64,000 nucleotides of DNA from Candidatus Levybacteria bacterium RIFCSPHIGHO2_01_FULL_37_17 (GCA_001782035.1 MFNL01000002.1:188865-252864); one strand, 5' to 3'. Positions 28,759 through 39,371 are shown, numbered from the stretch's first letter. Notes: generated from the sequence alone by a model not told the origin. Numbers and translations are program-made.

Positions 28759-30203
28759 CCCCTAAGACTTATTTCTATTTTAACACTTCCGCCCAGAATA
28801 TTTTTAGCAACTTTTTCAAGTAATTCAAGCGTTTTTCCATCTTCAAGTTTTTCTTTATGAAATTTGGAGATTGCAACTATTGTAAGCTTGCCATTTGTAT
28901 TTTCAATTTCGCAGCTTCTAAGCACTCCAGCAATTAAATGATTGTGTAATTTTACTTCGTTTATAAAACTTTCATAAAAGTCAGGAGCTTTTCGAGGGGT
29001 GACGGAAGTGGAAGGGCTCCCGACAGCGCGCAGGAAGCTTTTCTCGGAAGAAATATTCGAGTGAGCACTGGCGGGAGGGAAACGGCCGGCAGGACCCCGA
29101 GAAGTTTGCTCGTCCGATTGGCTTCCGATGGTATCCTTTTCGCTCCACTCCACCAGCATTAGCTCCAAAGGAAGTTGCGCAAGTACTGCAAATTTCGTTT
29201 CAGAATGTGCTATGGATAAAAGCTCCAGTAACTTTTTTATTTCTGAAACTTCGAAGCTATTTTCAGACTTTGAATCAATTGCTCCAAGTTTTTGTAAAAG
29301 CATCAAATGGAAACTGTTCAGTAGTTTTTCAATGAAAAATTTAAAGTCTACTCCTTGTTTAGAAATTTTTGATATTATTTCAAGTCCTTTTTTAGCATTC
29401 CTTTCCATTAATGCATCTATAAACTGGACAGCTGCGCTGTTTACTCCCAAAGTGTTGAATTTTTCTTCAAAATACTGCCTTGTTATATTCTTTTTGCCCG
29501 AGGATATGCTAACTTCTTCTAAAAGTTTTGTTCCGTCTCTAAAGCTTCCATCACTCATTCTTGCTATTTCCAAAACTGCGTCCTTTTCAACTTTTATTCC
29601 TTCGGCTTTTATAATCCTTGAGAGTGATCTTGCTATTTCATCATCCGTTGCTTTTTTAAAATCGACCCTAAAGCACCTGGAAACAATAGTTTGCGGAACT
29701 TTATGAAATTCGGTCGTGCATAAAATAAACGCTGCATGATTTGGCGGCTCTTCAAGCGTTTTTAAAAGGGCGTTAAAAGCCTCTGTTGTCAGCATGTGAA
29801 CTTCATCAATTATGTAGATTTTTTTGGAAGCCTTATTCGGCAGAAGATTAATTTTTTCTTTTAAATCCCTAATTTCATCAATTCCCCTATTTGATGCTCC
29901 GTCAATTTCCAAGACATCAAAGTTTGCCCCTGATGTAATTGATGTGCACTGAAAACATTTGCTATCCGGTTCAATTTCAGATTCCGTCAGTTTTGTTTTT
30001 TTTATCTTCGCATGTTTTTCACAGTTAATTACTTTTGCAACAATTCGGGCCGCTGAAGTTTTACCCAATCCCTTGGGCCCTGAGAAAAGAAATGCATGAG
30101 GCACATCAAAGCCTTTTGCAAAAAGGGCAAAAAGAGACTCTCTTACGCTTTGACTATCCAACTCCGATATTTTTTGGGGTCTGTAAGTTCTGTAAAAAAC
30201 CAT
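28755..30203 (-). CDS. dnaX: DNA polymerase III subunit gamma/tau
   Basis: GPKGLGKTS Walker A, a zinc-module cysteine cluster, and the conserved dnaX-ybaB-recR gene order. Confidence 0.9.
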   Translation of the reverse strand: MVFYRTYRPQKISELDSQSVRESLFALFAKGFDVPHAFLFSGPKGLGKTSAARIVAKVINCEKHAKIKKTKLTESEIEPDSKCFQCTSITSGANFDVLEIDGASNRGIDEIRDLKEKINLLPNKASKKIYIIDEVHMLTTEAFNALLKTLEEPPNHAAFILCTTEFHKVPQTIVSRCFRVDFKKATDDEIARSLSRIIKAEGIKVEKDAVLEIARMSDGSFRDGTKLLEEVSISSGKKNITRQYFEEKFNTLGVNSAAVQFIDALMERNAKKGLEIISKISKQGVDFKFFIEKLLNSFHLMLLQKLGAIDSKSENSFEVSEIKKLLELLSIAHSETKFAVLAQLPLELMLVEWSEKDTIGSQSDEQTSRGPAGRFPPASAHSNISSEKSFLRAVGSPSTSVTPRKAPDFYESFINEVKLHNHLIAGVLRSCEIENTNGKLTIVAISKFHKEKLEDGKTLELLEKVAKNILGGSVKIEISLRG

Positions 30204-30204
30204 A

Positions 30205-30591
30205 TTAGTCGTGATGCAGGCCCAAAAGGTGCATCATTCCATGCTCAATTAAATCGTCGATTTTATCATCAACCAGCATTTCATCTCGCGACGCTTCATT
30301 TATTACAACCGGAAAAGATATAACTATATCGCCAAGTGCTAATTTACCAGCTGCATGCCTAATCGGCTCTCCCTCATTTTGAGAAAAGGAGAGAATATTT
30401 CTTGTTTTATCTTCGCCTTTATATCTTTGGGAAAGCTGCCTCATTTTTCTGTCCCCCACAACTGCAACAGAAACCTCAACAGGAGAACTCACTTGGTTTT
30501 TTGACAAAACGTCTGAAATTTTCCTCTTTATCCTTTTCCTGTTTATTTTGTATCTGCTTTCAACAAAAATCGGAATTGATAATTTGTCCAT
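30205..30591 (-). CDS. ybeY: rRNA maturation endoribonuclease YbeY
   Basis: HGMMHLLGLHHD metal-binding motif. Confidence 0.8.
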   Translation of the reverse strand: MDKLSIPIFVESRYKINRKRIKRKISDVLSKNQVSSPVEVSVAVVGDRKMRQLSQRYKGEDKTRNILSFSQNEGEPIRHAAGKLALGDIVISFPVVINEASRDEMLVDDKIDDLIEHGMMHLLGLHHD

Positions 30592-30593
30592 GA

Positions 30594-30779
30594 TTAGACA
30601 GAGGGCGTTCTTTTTGCCCTTCTTTGTTCCTCCTGCTTTTGCTTTCGGGCAAGTGAAGGTTTAAGATAAAATTCTCTTCTTTTCGCTTCCTGCAAAATAC
30701 CCTCATTTATTACCTTCCTGCTGAATTTTCTAATCAATGCCTCGTCGCTATCTCCCGGCATTTTTTTTACTACTACCAT
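30594..30779 (-). CDS. rpsU: 30S ribosomal protein S21
   Basis: S21-like DSDEALIRKFSRKV...KREFYLKPS segment. Start taken at the internal MVVVKK. Confidence 0.8.
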   Translation of the reverse strand: MVVVKKMPGDSDEALIRKFSRKVINEGILQEAKRREFYLKPSLARKQKQEEQRRAKRTPSV

Positions 30780-30808
30780 AAAAAACACCTCCTTTTGTAT
30801 GTTTCATT

Positions 30809-31213
30809 TTACGCCTTTTTAATCTTTTCGGCAATTTCCTCTCGTGACTGTCTAGGAATATTTTTAACAATACTTTGAATTATTCCACCCTTATCATTTT
30901 CCCATCTTGGAATAAGATGAATATGCAAATGCGGAACTCCCTTTTTCTCTAAATGATTTATCCCAATAGTAATTGAATCCGAATTCAGTGCTTTTTCTTG
31001 CTTTTTAGCAACTTTTGAAACAGTATCCATTAATACTCCTAAATCTTTTCCTTCATAATCAAATATACTCTTACCGTGTTTTTTGGATATCACCATAACG
31101 TGCCCAGGCGCAGAGGGACTTAGCTCCATAAAAGCAATCGTTTCTTCATCTTCATAAACTCTAAGTGAGTGAACTTGATTTTTTACAATTTTACAAAAAA
31201 TGCAATTTTCCAT
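30809..31213 (-). CDS. HIT-family nucleotide hydrolase
   Basis: HLHIHLIP histidine triad. Confidence 0.8.
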   Translation of the reverse strand: MENCIFCKIVKNQVHSLRVYEDEETIAFMELSPSAPGHVMVISKKHGKSIFDYEGKDLGVLMDTVSKVAKKQEKALNSDSITIGINHLEKKGVPHLHIHLIPRWENDKGGIIQSIVKNIPRQSREEIAEKIKKA

Positions 31214-31215
31214 AA

Positions 31216-32121
31216 TTAAATTTCTCTCAAGACTTCAATAATCTCTTGCAAAGAAAGTTTACTTGGCTTCATTTTAGGATTTTTTGGCGTTCCGTTTAGA
31301 AGCATTTTCCCCGAAACGTGCAAAAACCAAGTAGCTTGTGGGTCCATTTTTTTCAGCTTTTCCGAAACAAGTGTTAAATCAAGCCCTTTTTTGCCTATCT
31401 CATCAGGTCTTGCCTTAATACGAACATATCCTTTTCTAGGGTCTTTTCTTACAACTACAACATATCCCATTAGCTGTGCAAGCTTTACGACAGTATCATT
31501 TATTGTCTCAAGGCCTAGTCCCTTTCCCCATTTTGTTTCAAACTTTACTCCTTTTTCTTCAATTTCATTTTCAGCCCAGATTCTGTTTTCTATATCGTGC
31601 AAAATTGCGTCTAAACAAATAGAAATAAATTCTACATAATATTTGTCATCGTTTGGATGCTGAAATTTTAGACCGTCTAAAACTTCTGTAATTGAAAAGT
31701 TGTTGTAATTCTCAAGCGCATCTTTTCTAAATGCTTCCTTAAAATGATCAACTTCCACAACAAAGTCGGAAACTCGCTCCAATGCCTGCAGCTTTATCGG
31801 ATCGATATTTGTGTCTTTTTCTAAAAGGTGTTTTTTTATGTAATTAAATGTTAAAGAAGCACCACACGTATTTGTATCTTTAGTCTGATGATGGTCCAAA
31901 GGCCCCAGTCCTGTATCAACGTGGATTACTTCATTTCCGCTAATAATTTCTACTGGATCTTTTATGTCTAATGCTTTTTCAGGGGTATAATCTCCAATTC
32001 GTTGTCCTGCAGGCACAAAACGAACTTCAGCATTTTCCCAGCCGCTTAAATATCTTTTAATAAACCAAACGGATGTAATAGCATCCATGTCCGGCGATGT
32101 ATGTGTAACAATTCTTTTCAT
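31216..32121 (-). CDS. DHH-family phosphoesterase
   Basis: THTSPDMDAITS N-terminal motif and a downstream DHH. Confidence 0.6.
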   Translation of the reverse strand: MKRIVTHTSPDMDAITSVWFIKRYLSGWENAEVRFVPAGQRIGDYTPEKALDIKDPVEIISGNEVIHVDTGLGPLDHHQTKDTNTCGASLTFNYIKKHLLEKDTNIDPIKLQALERVSDFVVEVDHFKEAFRKDALENYNNFSITEVLDGLKFQHPNDDKYYVEFISICLDAILHDIENRIWAENEIEEKGVKFETKWGKGLGLETINDTVVKLAQLMGYVVVVRKDPRKGYVRIKARPDEIGKKGLDLTLVSEKLKKMDPQATWFLHVSGKMLLNGTPKNPKMKPSKLSLQEIIEVLREI

Positions 32122-32180
32122 AGGGTCTTTAAGTATACTGTTTTTGAGCTAAAATTGAAAGAGTTTGGTATAATCTATAT

Positions 32181-32714
32181 GTGTCAGAGCAAAAACCGGA
32201 AACTTTAGAATTTCCACCTTTAGAAAAAAGTATTAACCACTACGAAATGCCATTTCCAAGAGATACTCAAGTTACGAATATTGAAAAAGATGGCCCTGCT
32301 CATATTGGCCCTTTTAGAGGAGCAATTGATTATATTATGGCATTAGGAACTTCAGTTGTTGCTCCCTTAGATGGGGTGATAAGTGATGTATATGATAGAC
32401 ATGAAAAATATGGCCCTACTGATGAATTTGTAAATGATGCAAATTATATAACCATTGCTCATGCGAATGGGGAATTTTCTCAAGTAGTACATCTTGCTAA
32501 AGATTCCTCAAAAGTAAAAAAAGGGGATAAAGTAAAAGCTGGGCAAAAGATAGCTATTACTGGGAATTCTGGGTGGATGACTGAGCCTCATTTACATTTC
32601 TTCGTCTTTACGCTAGACAACATCAGGGAAGGTTTTATAGGACTAGAGCCTCAGTTTAAACAAGAAACACCTAGGACAAATATATTGACAAAATTACATT
32701 TAAAAAAGCTATAA
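32181..32714 (+). CDS. M23-family metallopeptidase
   Basis: HANG...GNSGWMTEPHLHF M23 signature. Confidence 0.65.
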   Translation: MSEQKPETLEFPPLEKSINHYEMPFPRDTQVTNIEKDGPAHIGPFRGAIDYIMALGTSVVAPLDGVISDVYDRHEKYGPTDEFVNDANYITIAHANGEFSQVVHLAKDSSKVKKGDKVKAGQKIAITGNSGWMTEPHLHFFVFTLDNIREGFIGLEPQFKQETPRTNILTKLHLKKL

Positions 32715-32752
32715 TAAGTTAACTGCCCCTTCGATGGGCTCAGGGCAATTGC

Positions 32753-33190
32753 ATGAATCCAAAAAACCTAAATGATTTAGACCCAAAACTTAGAGATGCA
32801 TACGAAAAAGTAATGGGGACAAACTTCAATCCCGCCCCTGCTGCTACCCAACAAGAACAACAAAATACTCCATCTGTTCAAGCTGCTCCTCAACAAAATA
32901 CTCCACTAATGCAGACCCAGCCGGCAGAAGAGCAACCACCTGTAATTCAAACTGTTCCTGTTCAGCCTCCATTGCAAAACCCACAACCTTCCCCTCTTCC
33001 TATGCAAAATCCATTTGCGCAAACCCCTATCCCTCCCCCAACAGTTTTAACGCAAGCAGGAAGTTATTCCGCGCCTCAGCAAGTGCAAAAAAAACATTTT
33101 AGTTTTATGCCTATTGTTTTTTTACTCGGCGGTGGATTATTCTTTGCTGCTTACGCAGTTATTTGGGCCAAAATTTTCGGACTATTCTAA
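32753..33190 (+). CDS. Pro/Gln-rich tail-anchored membrane protein
   Basis: A disordered PQ-rich body followed by a single C-terminal TM helix. Confidence 0.3.
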   Translation: MNPKNLNDLDPKLRDAYEKVMGTNFNPAPAATQQEQQNTPSVQAAPQQNTPLMQTQPAEEQPPVIQTVPVQPPLQNPQPSPLPMQNPFAQTPIPPPTVLTQAGSYSAPQQVQKKHFSFMPIVFLLGGGLFFAAYAVIWAKIFGLF

Positions 33191-34414
33191 TCGTTTTATA
33201 ACTTCTTCAAAAGAAAGAAGTTCAACTTTTTCTCCACTTCTTTCTTTCCACTCAATTTTATCTCCGGTTTTTTTCGAAACAACAAGTCTTATAGGAATTC
33301 CTATTAAATCAGCAGTTGCAAATTTTTCTCCCGCACTAACATTTGTTCTGTCATCCCAAAGTACTTCAATTCCTTTTTCTATTAAAGCATCATAAACTTT
33401 TTGAACAGTTGGCTCAGTACCAGGATCCTCAACATGAACCAAATGTACCTCAAATGGAGAAATAGATTTTGGCCACATTATCCCTTTATCATCGTGATAA
33501 ATTTCAACCAAAGTTCCAAGTAGCCTAGTTGGCCCAATGCCATAGCTTGCCAGCCATACGGGTTTTTGCGCTCCTTTTTCGTCTGTATACAAAGCGCCCA
33601 TTTTTTCTGCATACATTGTTCCCAAAGGGAAAATATTACCAACTTCTATAGCTTTTGATGTTAAAATTTTTCCATCGCAAGTGGGGCATTTGTCCCCTGC
33701 TTTAACCTTTGCGATTTCGTCATTTTGGGCAAAATCACACTTGTCGCAATAAAAAATAGTATCCTCCCCAACGCTTGCTAAAACCTGAAATTCGTGGCTG
33801 TTTTTATCTGTAAATACCCCGCCGGATGCTTCAACCACTTTTACAGAGAGTTCCATCCTTTTGAAAATTTTAATATATGCTCTTTTCACTTCTTCGTAGT
33901 ATTTTTGCATATCGACTTGCGTTAAATGAGCACTGTATAAATCCTTCATCAAAAATTCCCTCGCGCGTAAAATTCCTGATTTTGCCCGCAATTCATGCCT
34001 GAATTTGGTTGAGAAATGGTATAGCTTAAGGGGAAAATCCGAGAGTTTTATATTGTGTTTTCGAATTAAATCAACAACTATTTCCTCATGTGTAAAAGAA
34101 AGCGCAAATTCTTTATCATCTTTCTTAAACTGGTACATTACCTCTTTCGCAGACTCCCATCTTCCTGTTTCATTCCAGACTTCTTTGGGATGCATTAGTG
34201 GCATTAGCATTTCCTGCGCTCCAGTTTCGTTAAGTTCTTCGCGGATTATATTTTTTATTTTTTCAACTACTCTAAATCCTAACGGTAATAGCGTGAAGCT
34301 TCCTGCCATAAGTTGGTCTATAAAGCCGGCTCTCACTAATAATTTATGGTTTTCTGCTTCTGCCCCTCTAGGCGCGTCTTTCTGAGTTTTAGGAAAAAGC
34401 AAGGAGTACTTCAC
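33182..34414 (-). CDS. proS: Prolyl-tRNA synthetase (short, no editing domain)
   Basis: Class II motifs. The N-terminus aligns with bacterial ProRS (HQLLVRAGFIDQLMAGSFTLLPLG). Length 410 aa. Confidence 0.85.
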   Translation of the reverse strand: MKYSLLFPKTQKDAPRGAEAENHKLLVRAGFIDQLMAGSFTLLPLGFRVVEKIKNIIREELNETGAQEMLMPLMHPKEVWNETGRWESAKEVMYQFKKDDKEFALSFTHEEIVVDLIRKHNIKLSDFPLKLYHFSTKFRHELRAKSGILRAREFLMKDLYSAHLTQVDMQKYYEEVKRAYIKIFKRMELSVKVVEASGGVFTDKNSHEFQVLASVGEDTIFYCDKCDFAQNDEIAKVKAGDKCPTCDGKILTSKAIEVGNIFPLGTMYAEKMGALYTDEKGAQKPVWLASYGIGPTRLLGTLVEIYHDDKGIMWPKSISPFEVHLVHVEDPGTEPTVQKVYDALIEKGIEVLWDDRTNVSAGEKFATADLIGIPIRLVVSKKTGDKIEWKERSGEKVELLSFEEVIKRLE

Positions 34415-34466
34415 GCATTTATTGTAGCATAAGGCTATTAACTTTTGAATTTGCTAAAATAAATAC

Positions 34467-34991
34467 ATGGATAGGTTTCACTCTCTTTGGTTAGTTCCTG
34501 AAAACGAACAAAAAGATCAGTTGCAAAGCATTGTCAATAGGCTTGCTGAAGATAATAATTCTCCTACTTTTACACCACATCTGACTCTCATTGGAGATGT
34601 TGAAATTCAATTAGAGCCATTTAGAAGAGCAGTTGATGAAGTTTTCGAAGGAATTAATGCATTTTATATTAAGGCTACTGCAGTTAATTTCAGTGAAAAA
34701 TTTGCTAAGTCGGTTTTTATTGAATTCGAGCTTGACGAGAATCTTAAAAATCTTTTCATTGAAATTTCCAAAAGAACAGAAAATAGAGACCTATCAACTT
34801 TCAAACCTCACATAAGCCTAATATATAAATTGATGCCTATTGAAGAAAAAGAGAAAATTGCTAAATCAATTAATATAAATGGAAATTACTTAATCGATAA
34901 GGCTTGCATAACCAATCCCGCAAAAATAAGAGAAGACTTTTACGATGTTGAAAAGTGGAAAATTTTTTATCAAAAAAATCTTAAACCTTAA
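34467..34991 (+). CDS. 2H phosphoesterase (LigT / cyclic phosphodiesterase-like)
   Basis: Two H-x-T/S-x motifs (PHLTL and PHISL). Confidence 0.6.
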   Translation: MDRFHSLWLVPENEQKDQLQSIVNRLAEDNNSPTFTPHLTLIGDVEIQLEPFRRAVDEVFEGINAFYIKATAVNFSEKFAKSVFIEFELDENLKNLFIEISKRTENRDLSTFKPHISLIYKLMPIEEKEKIAKSININGNYLIDKACITNPAKIREDFYDVEKWKIFYQKNLKP

Positions 34992-35754
34992 CCCCTTGGG
35001 CTTCAAGGAATTGATTGACTAACGCTTGGTTTCCAATGACCAAAGCACTGTCCAAAAATGTTCCATCTTCTCCATTAAATCTTTTTATTACTGCTCCTGC
35101 TTCTTTTGCTATTACAAATCCGGCAGCATTATCCCAAGGCTTGAAAAATTGATGCACATAAATATCCGCTCTACCTGCTGCAATATCAGCGTATGCCAAA
35201 ACCGCACTACCCCTCATTAACACCCACGGATTTTGCGGAAGGCTAGCTACCAGCTGCAAATTTCTTTTCGTTCCATTTGGCTCATAAGAATTATCGGTCA
35301 AAAGAGTAGCTTTTCCCAAATCGTCTGTGTCTGAAGCATGAATTTTCGCTTCATCTAAATAAGCACCCTCTCCTTTTACTGCATGAAAAAGCTGGTCTCT
35401 AAAAGGATCGTAAATAAATCCCGCCATAGGCTCTCCCATCTCTACATATCCAACAGAAATTCCCGCATATTCTCTTCCGTTTTTAAAATTGCTTGTCCCA
35501 TCTATCGGATCAATTACCCATAAATGTTCAACAGTTAAGGGATCATTTAGATCTGATTCTGTTTCTTCAGAAAGTATTAGATGATTTGGAAAATTTCTTT
35601 GTATTGTTTCTTTTAAAACCCTCTCTGATGCTAAATCTGCCGCGGTAACATAATTTAATCTTCCTTCTTTTATGGTTACGCCCTCAGTTGGAGCTGTTCT
35701 TAAAACAGCAGCCCCAGCTTCTTTTATTCCAGCCTTAATTGCTTCTAAATTCAT
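34981..35754 (-). CDS. suhB: Inositol monophosphatase family protein
   Basis: WVIDPIDGTSNF motif. Confidence 0.8.
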   Translation of the reverse strand: MNLEAIKAGIKEAGAAVLRTAPTEGVTIKEGRLNYVTAADLASERVLKETIQRNFPNHLILSEETESDLNDPLTVEHLWVIDPIDGTSNFKNGREYAGISVGYVEMGEPMAGFIYDPFRDQLFHAVKGEGAYLDEAKIHASDTDDLGKATLLTDNSYEPNGTKRNLQLVASLPQNPWVLMRGSAVLAYADIAAGRADIYVHQFFKPWDNAAGFVIAKEAGAVIKRFNGEDGTFLDSALVIGNQALVNQFLEAQGVKV

Positions 35755-36077
35755 ACGACTAGCGTCCCTTCTTTTACGTCTTCATTTGGAATTAAAAGAA
35801 CGGGTTTTTCTTCTGTGTCCATTGCTACCAACATTCCCTGAGACTCTTCTCCTCTAAAATTTCTTGGTTCTAAATTTACAATAAAAGGCAGTTTTTTACC
35901 CTCTAAATCTTCTGGGTTATAAAACTGTGCTATTGCAGAAATTATCTGCCTTTGAAAATCACCGAAATCAACCTGTAATTTAAGGAGCTTGTCCGCATTT
36001 TCGACTTTAGAACAGGAAGTCACCTTACCTATCCTTATTTCAACCTTTTTAAAATCTTCAAGGCTCACTGTATCCAT
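35751..36077 (-). CDS. tRNA-binding domain protein (CsaA/Myf-like)
   Basis: OB-fold tRNA-binding motif (RIGKV...DFGD). Length 108 aa. Confidence 0.7.
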   Translation of the reverse strand: MDTVSLEDFKKVEIRIGKVTSCSKVENADKLLKLQVDFGDFQRQIISAIAQFYNPEDLEGKKLPFIVNLEPRNFRGEESQGMLVAMDTEEKPVLLIPNEDVKEGTLVV

Positions 36078-36139
36078 AAAAAGTAATTATATCCATTGAC
36101 AGAACAATTTTCAAAGAGTATAAATTATTTTTGTAACCA

Positions 36140-37414
36140 ATGGACTCAAATAGCATTTATCAAAAATCAAGGGAAGAAGTTTTGGAAGTAGGAGAAAAAT
36201 ATAATCTCGCCGAAGAAAAACTGGAGGAATTTTTAGAACCGGACAGAGTTTTAGAAGTTAAAATCCCCATCAAAATTGACAACGAGCTTGTAAACTTCAG
36301 AGGCTTCAGAAGTCAGCACAATAATAACTTGGGCCCGTATAAAGGCGGCCTCAGGTTTCACCAAAATGTAAATAAAGACGAAGTCATGGCTCTATCTTTG
36401 TGGATGAGCTTGAAGTGTGCAGTAGCTGGGCTTCCTTTTGGAGGCGGAAAGGGAGGAATTGCAGTTGATCCAAAGCAGTTGAGCGAAAAAGAGCTTGAAA
36501 GTTTGTCGCGTGAATATGTAAGAAGAGTTTATGAAATCCTTGGTCCTCAAAAAGATGTTCCGGCACCTGATGTTAACACAAATCCAAAGATAATTGACTG
36601 GATGGTTGATGAATACATAAAACTTAACAAAAATGGCGAATATAAAACTAATGAACTTTATGCAACATTTACCGGAAAGTCTAAAAAGGGATTGGCTGGC
36701 CGAACCGAAGCAACAGGTTTTGGAGGAGTTGCTGTCTTAAAAAGAATAGCGGAAAAGTTAAAACTTGATCCTCAAAATACAACTATTGCAATTATGGGTT
36801 TTGGAAACGTAGGATATTATTTTGCCGATTTTGCATCAAAAGCAGGCTTTAAAGTCGTTGCAGTTTCAGACTCCAAAGGTGGAATTATTAAAAGAGACGC
36901 TAAGGGTAATTTTATTCCTCTTGATATTCCGCTGGTTTATGACTGCAAGATGGAAAAAGGTAGCCTAAATGGCTGCTACTGCGCTGGAGGAGTTTGCGAC
37001 ATGCGCGGCGGACAAATGATAACCAACGAGGAGCTTCTGCAGCTTCCCGTTGACATTTTGGTTCCTGCAGCACTTGAGAACGTTATCACAGAAAACAACA
37101 TGCAAAACATAAAAGCAAAAATAATAGTTGAAATGGCAAACGGCCCTGTCACGCCAAAAGCATCTCATTATCTTATAAAAAGGGGCGTGTTTATTACTCC
37201 TGACATTTTAGCCAACTCCGGAGGCGTTGCTGCAAGTTACATTGAATGGGAACAAAATTTAAAAGGCAAAACTTATAAAAAAGAGGATGTTTTAAAAAGA
37301 TTGGAGAAAATGATGAAAGAAGCTTTTGAGAATGTTTGGAATACAGCTGAAAAAGAAAATACAAATCTTCCAGAAGCCTCTTATTTAGTAGCTCTCAAAA
37401 GAATTCTAAAATGA
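36140..37414 (+). CDS. gdhA: Glutamate dehydrogenase
   Basis: Glu/Leu/Phe/Val dehydrogenase signatures (KGGLRFH, GGGKGG). Confidence 0.9.
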   Translation: MDSNSIYQKSREEVLEVGEKYNLAEEKLEEFLEPDRVLEVKIPIKIDNELVNFRGFRSQHNNNLGPYKGGLRFHQNVNKDEVMALSLWMSLKCAVAGLPFGGGKGGIAVDPKQLSEKELESLSREYVRRVYEILGPQKDVPAPDVNTNPKIIDWMVDEYIKLNKNGEYKTNELYATFTGKSKKGLAGRTEATGFGGVAVLKRIAEKLKLDPQNTTIAIMGFGNVGYYFADFASKAGFKVVAVSDSKGGIIKRDAKGNFIPLDIPLVYDCKMEKGSLNGCYCAGGVCDMRGGQMITNEELLQLPVDILVPAALENVITENNMQNIKAKIIVEMANGPVTPKASHYLIKRGVFITPDILANSGGVAASYIEWEQNLKGKTYKKEDVLKRLEKMMKEAFENVWNTAEKENTNLPEASYLVALKRILK

Positions 37415-37415
37415 T

Positions 37416-38225
37416 ATGCCAAGAGTAGAATGGCCTGACAAACCTATTCCTGCTCGAGAATCCGGCTTAGTAAGCGCTGATTACATAAGTGCCGCTGTAA
37501 AAGCATATGAACGCGCAAGACAAGCACTGCTTAAACCGATACCAAATCTCGATCCGCATGGAAGTGTCAAAGTATCTATTGACGTTGAAGACGACAACCC
37601 ATGGAATCTAAGATTTTGGAATAATTCACTGCAAATAACAACTATAAGACCTGGTACACTAACTAGAATATACAGAGAAATACACTTCGATCCATCCTCT
37701 TCATATGGCGGTAATGTTTCTTACACTAGAGAGGGTAAAAACCGAAAAGCAGGGCCAAGTGGAATGAACAAGCCATGGGTTTTAGAGCTGGCAAATCAGG
37801 ATCTTGATTTCATTTTAAAACCCGCAGAAGAAGCAACACAAATTGTTATACCCTTTAAAAAGCCTGAAACCATAGAAAAGCAATTAAAAACTGCTCCACA
37901 AAGAGCAAGAAGAGCATTGTTAAGAGACTTCCCTAATTTTGTGGGAGCTTCTTTTGAACTGCTGGACGAAAATGGATTGAGATGGAGTCTTTCATTTAGG
38001 AAAGACCTTGTATTTGCTACGCAATATTCAAAAACAGGCAGTGAATTGGACCAATTTAGAGTAGCAATGGACAAGGACAGTGAGCCCTTTGTCTATTACT
38101 CGCTTCGCGCTTATAGAAGAAGGAAAGAAATACCAAAAAATACCGAGCTTGAAAAAGAGATTACTCTTCAAAGACTTTCAGAACTTTTGACTCCTGCGGA
38201 AAAAGCTTCCGGGAGGCTACTTTAG
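37416..38225 (+). CDS. Hypothetical protein
   Basis: Begins 2 nt after the gdhA stop. No recognisable motif. Confidence 0.3.
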   Translation: MPRVEWPDKPIPARESGLVSADYISAAVKAYERARQALLKPIPNLDPHGSVKVSIDVEDDNPWNLRFWNNSLQITTIRPGTLTRIYREIHFDPSSSYGGNVSYTREGKNRKAGPSGMNKPWVLELANQDLDFILKPAEEATQIVIPFKKPETIEKQLKTAPQRARRALLRDFPNFVGASFELLDENGLRWSLSFRKDLVFATQYSKTGSELDQFRVAMDKDSEPFVYYSLRAYRRRKEIPKNTELEKEITLQRLSELLTPAEKASGRLL

Positions 38226-39338
38226 CTGTGGCAGAATGGGCTGGCCAGAGACAACGCGCAAGATATCATGAAGCGTAATTAAAGCAATAAGCCCAAGTAA
38301 AAACGCCATTCCAACAGTATGAGCAATGCTTTCGGCTCTTGGGCTCACTTTTCTTCTTGTAACACCTTCGTAAATTATGAACATTAGCCTTCCTCCATCC
38401 AAAGCTGGAATTGGCAAGACATTAATTATTGCCAAATTAAGCGAAAGAAGAGCAATAAAGGATAAAACTGCTGAAGGGCCTATGGCAACAATTGTTCCTG
38501 TAAGCTGGGCTATTCCAACAGGACCTGCGACATCCGAAGGCACTTTTCCTTGCGTAAATACCTGGACAAGTGTATTTGATAAACCCTTGAGTATTAATCC
38601 TGTCTGGCCTAAGACTTCTTTTGTTCCAACAAATGGCGCCTCCCAAATTGGATATTTCTTGATTTCGAAATTGGGAGTAATTGCAACTCCTATGGGACCC
38701 TGGTTTTTCGGATAAGTTTTGCGGGGAGTAACTTTGACCACTCTTTCTTTTTGCTGATTTTGGACTTGTAAAGTAATTTCGCTTCCTAAATGTTTTTTAG
38801 TTAAAGACACTAATTCAGCCGGATCATCAACGACTTGCCCATTTAAAGTTTCAATAACATCCCCTGTTTTAATACCTGCTTTTTCCGCAGGAGAACCTTT
38901 TATTACTTCCCCTACTAAAACATGTTTTGCAGGAACCGCTACGCCTACAAAAGAAAAAAGCACAGAAACAATTACAACTGCCAAAACAAAGTTCATAAAA
39001 ACTCCGGCAAAAACAACAGCAAATCGCTGCCACACAGGTTTACTGTAAAATGCCCTGCTCTCGTCTGATTTTGAGGGTTTTTTTGCTTGTTTTGAATTTA
39101 AAACGCGTCCTGCACCTGCTTCATCTTCTCCGTATAATTTTACAAACCCACCAATTGGAAGCCAGTTTATAGAATAAATTGTCTCACCTATTTTTTTACC
39201 AATTGCCCGCGGTGGAAGCCCAAATCCAAATTCCTCGACTTTAATGTTGAAAAACTTGGCAACAAAGTAATGCCCTGCTTCATGAATTAAAACCAAAATT
39301 GAAAGAATTACGAGGAAAACTAAAACTGTTATTAACAT
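38217..39338 (-). CDS. rseP: Site-2 protease RseP (M50 family)
   Basis: HEAGHY zinc motif, a PDZ domain and multiple TM helices. Confidence 0.85.
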   Translation of the reverse strand: MLITVLVFLVILSILVLIHEAGHYFVAKFFNIKVEEFGFGLPPRAIGKKIGETIYSINWLPIGGFVKLYGEDEAGAGRVLNSKQAKKPSKSDESRAFYSKPVWQRFAVVFAGVFMNFVLAVVIVSVLFSFVGVAVPAKHVLVGEVIKGSPAEKAGIKTGDVIETLNGQVVDDPAELVSLTKKHLGSEITLQVQNQQKERVVKVTPRKTYPKNQGPIGVAITPNFEIKKYPIWEAPFVGTKEVLGQTGLILKGLSNTLVQVFTQGKVPSDVAGPVGIAQLTGTIVAIGPSAVLSFIALLSLNLAIINVLPIPALDGGRLMFIIYEGVTRRKVSPRAESIAHTVGMAFLLGLIALITLHDILRVVSGQPILPQLK

Positions 39339-39371
39339 ACAACTCTAAGAGTATACCAGAACTCTAAATTT

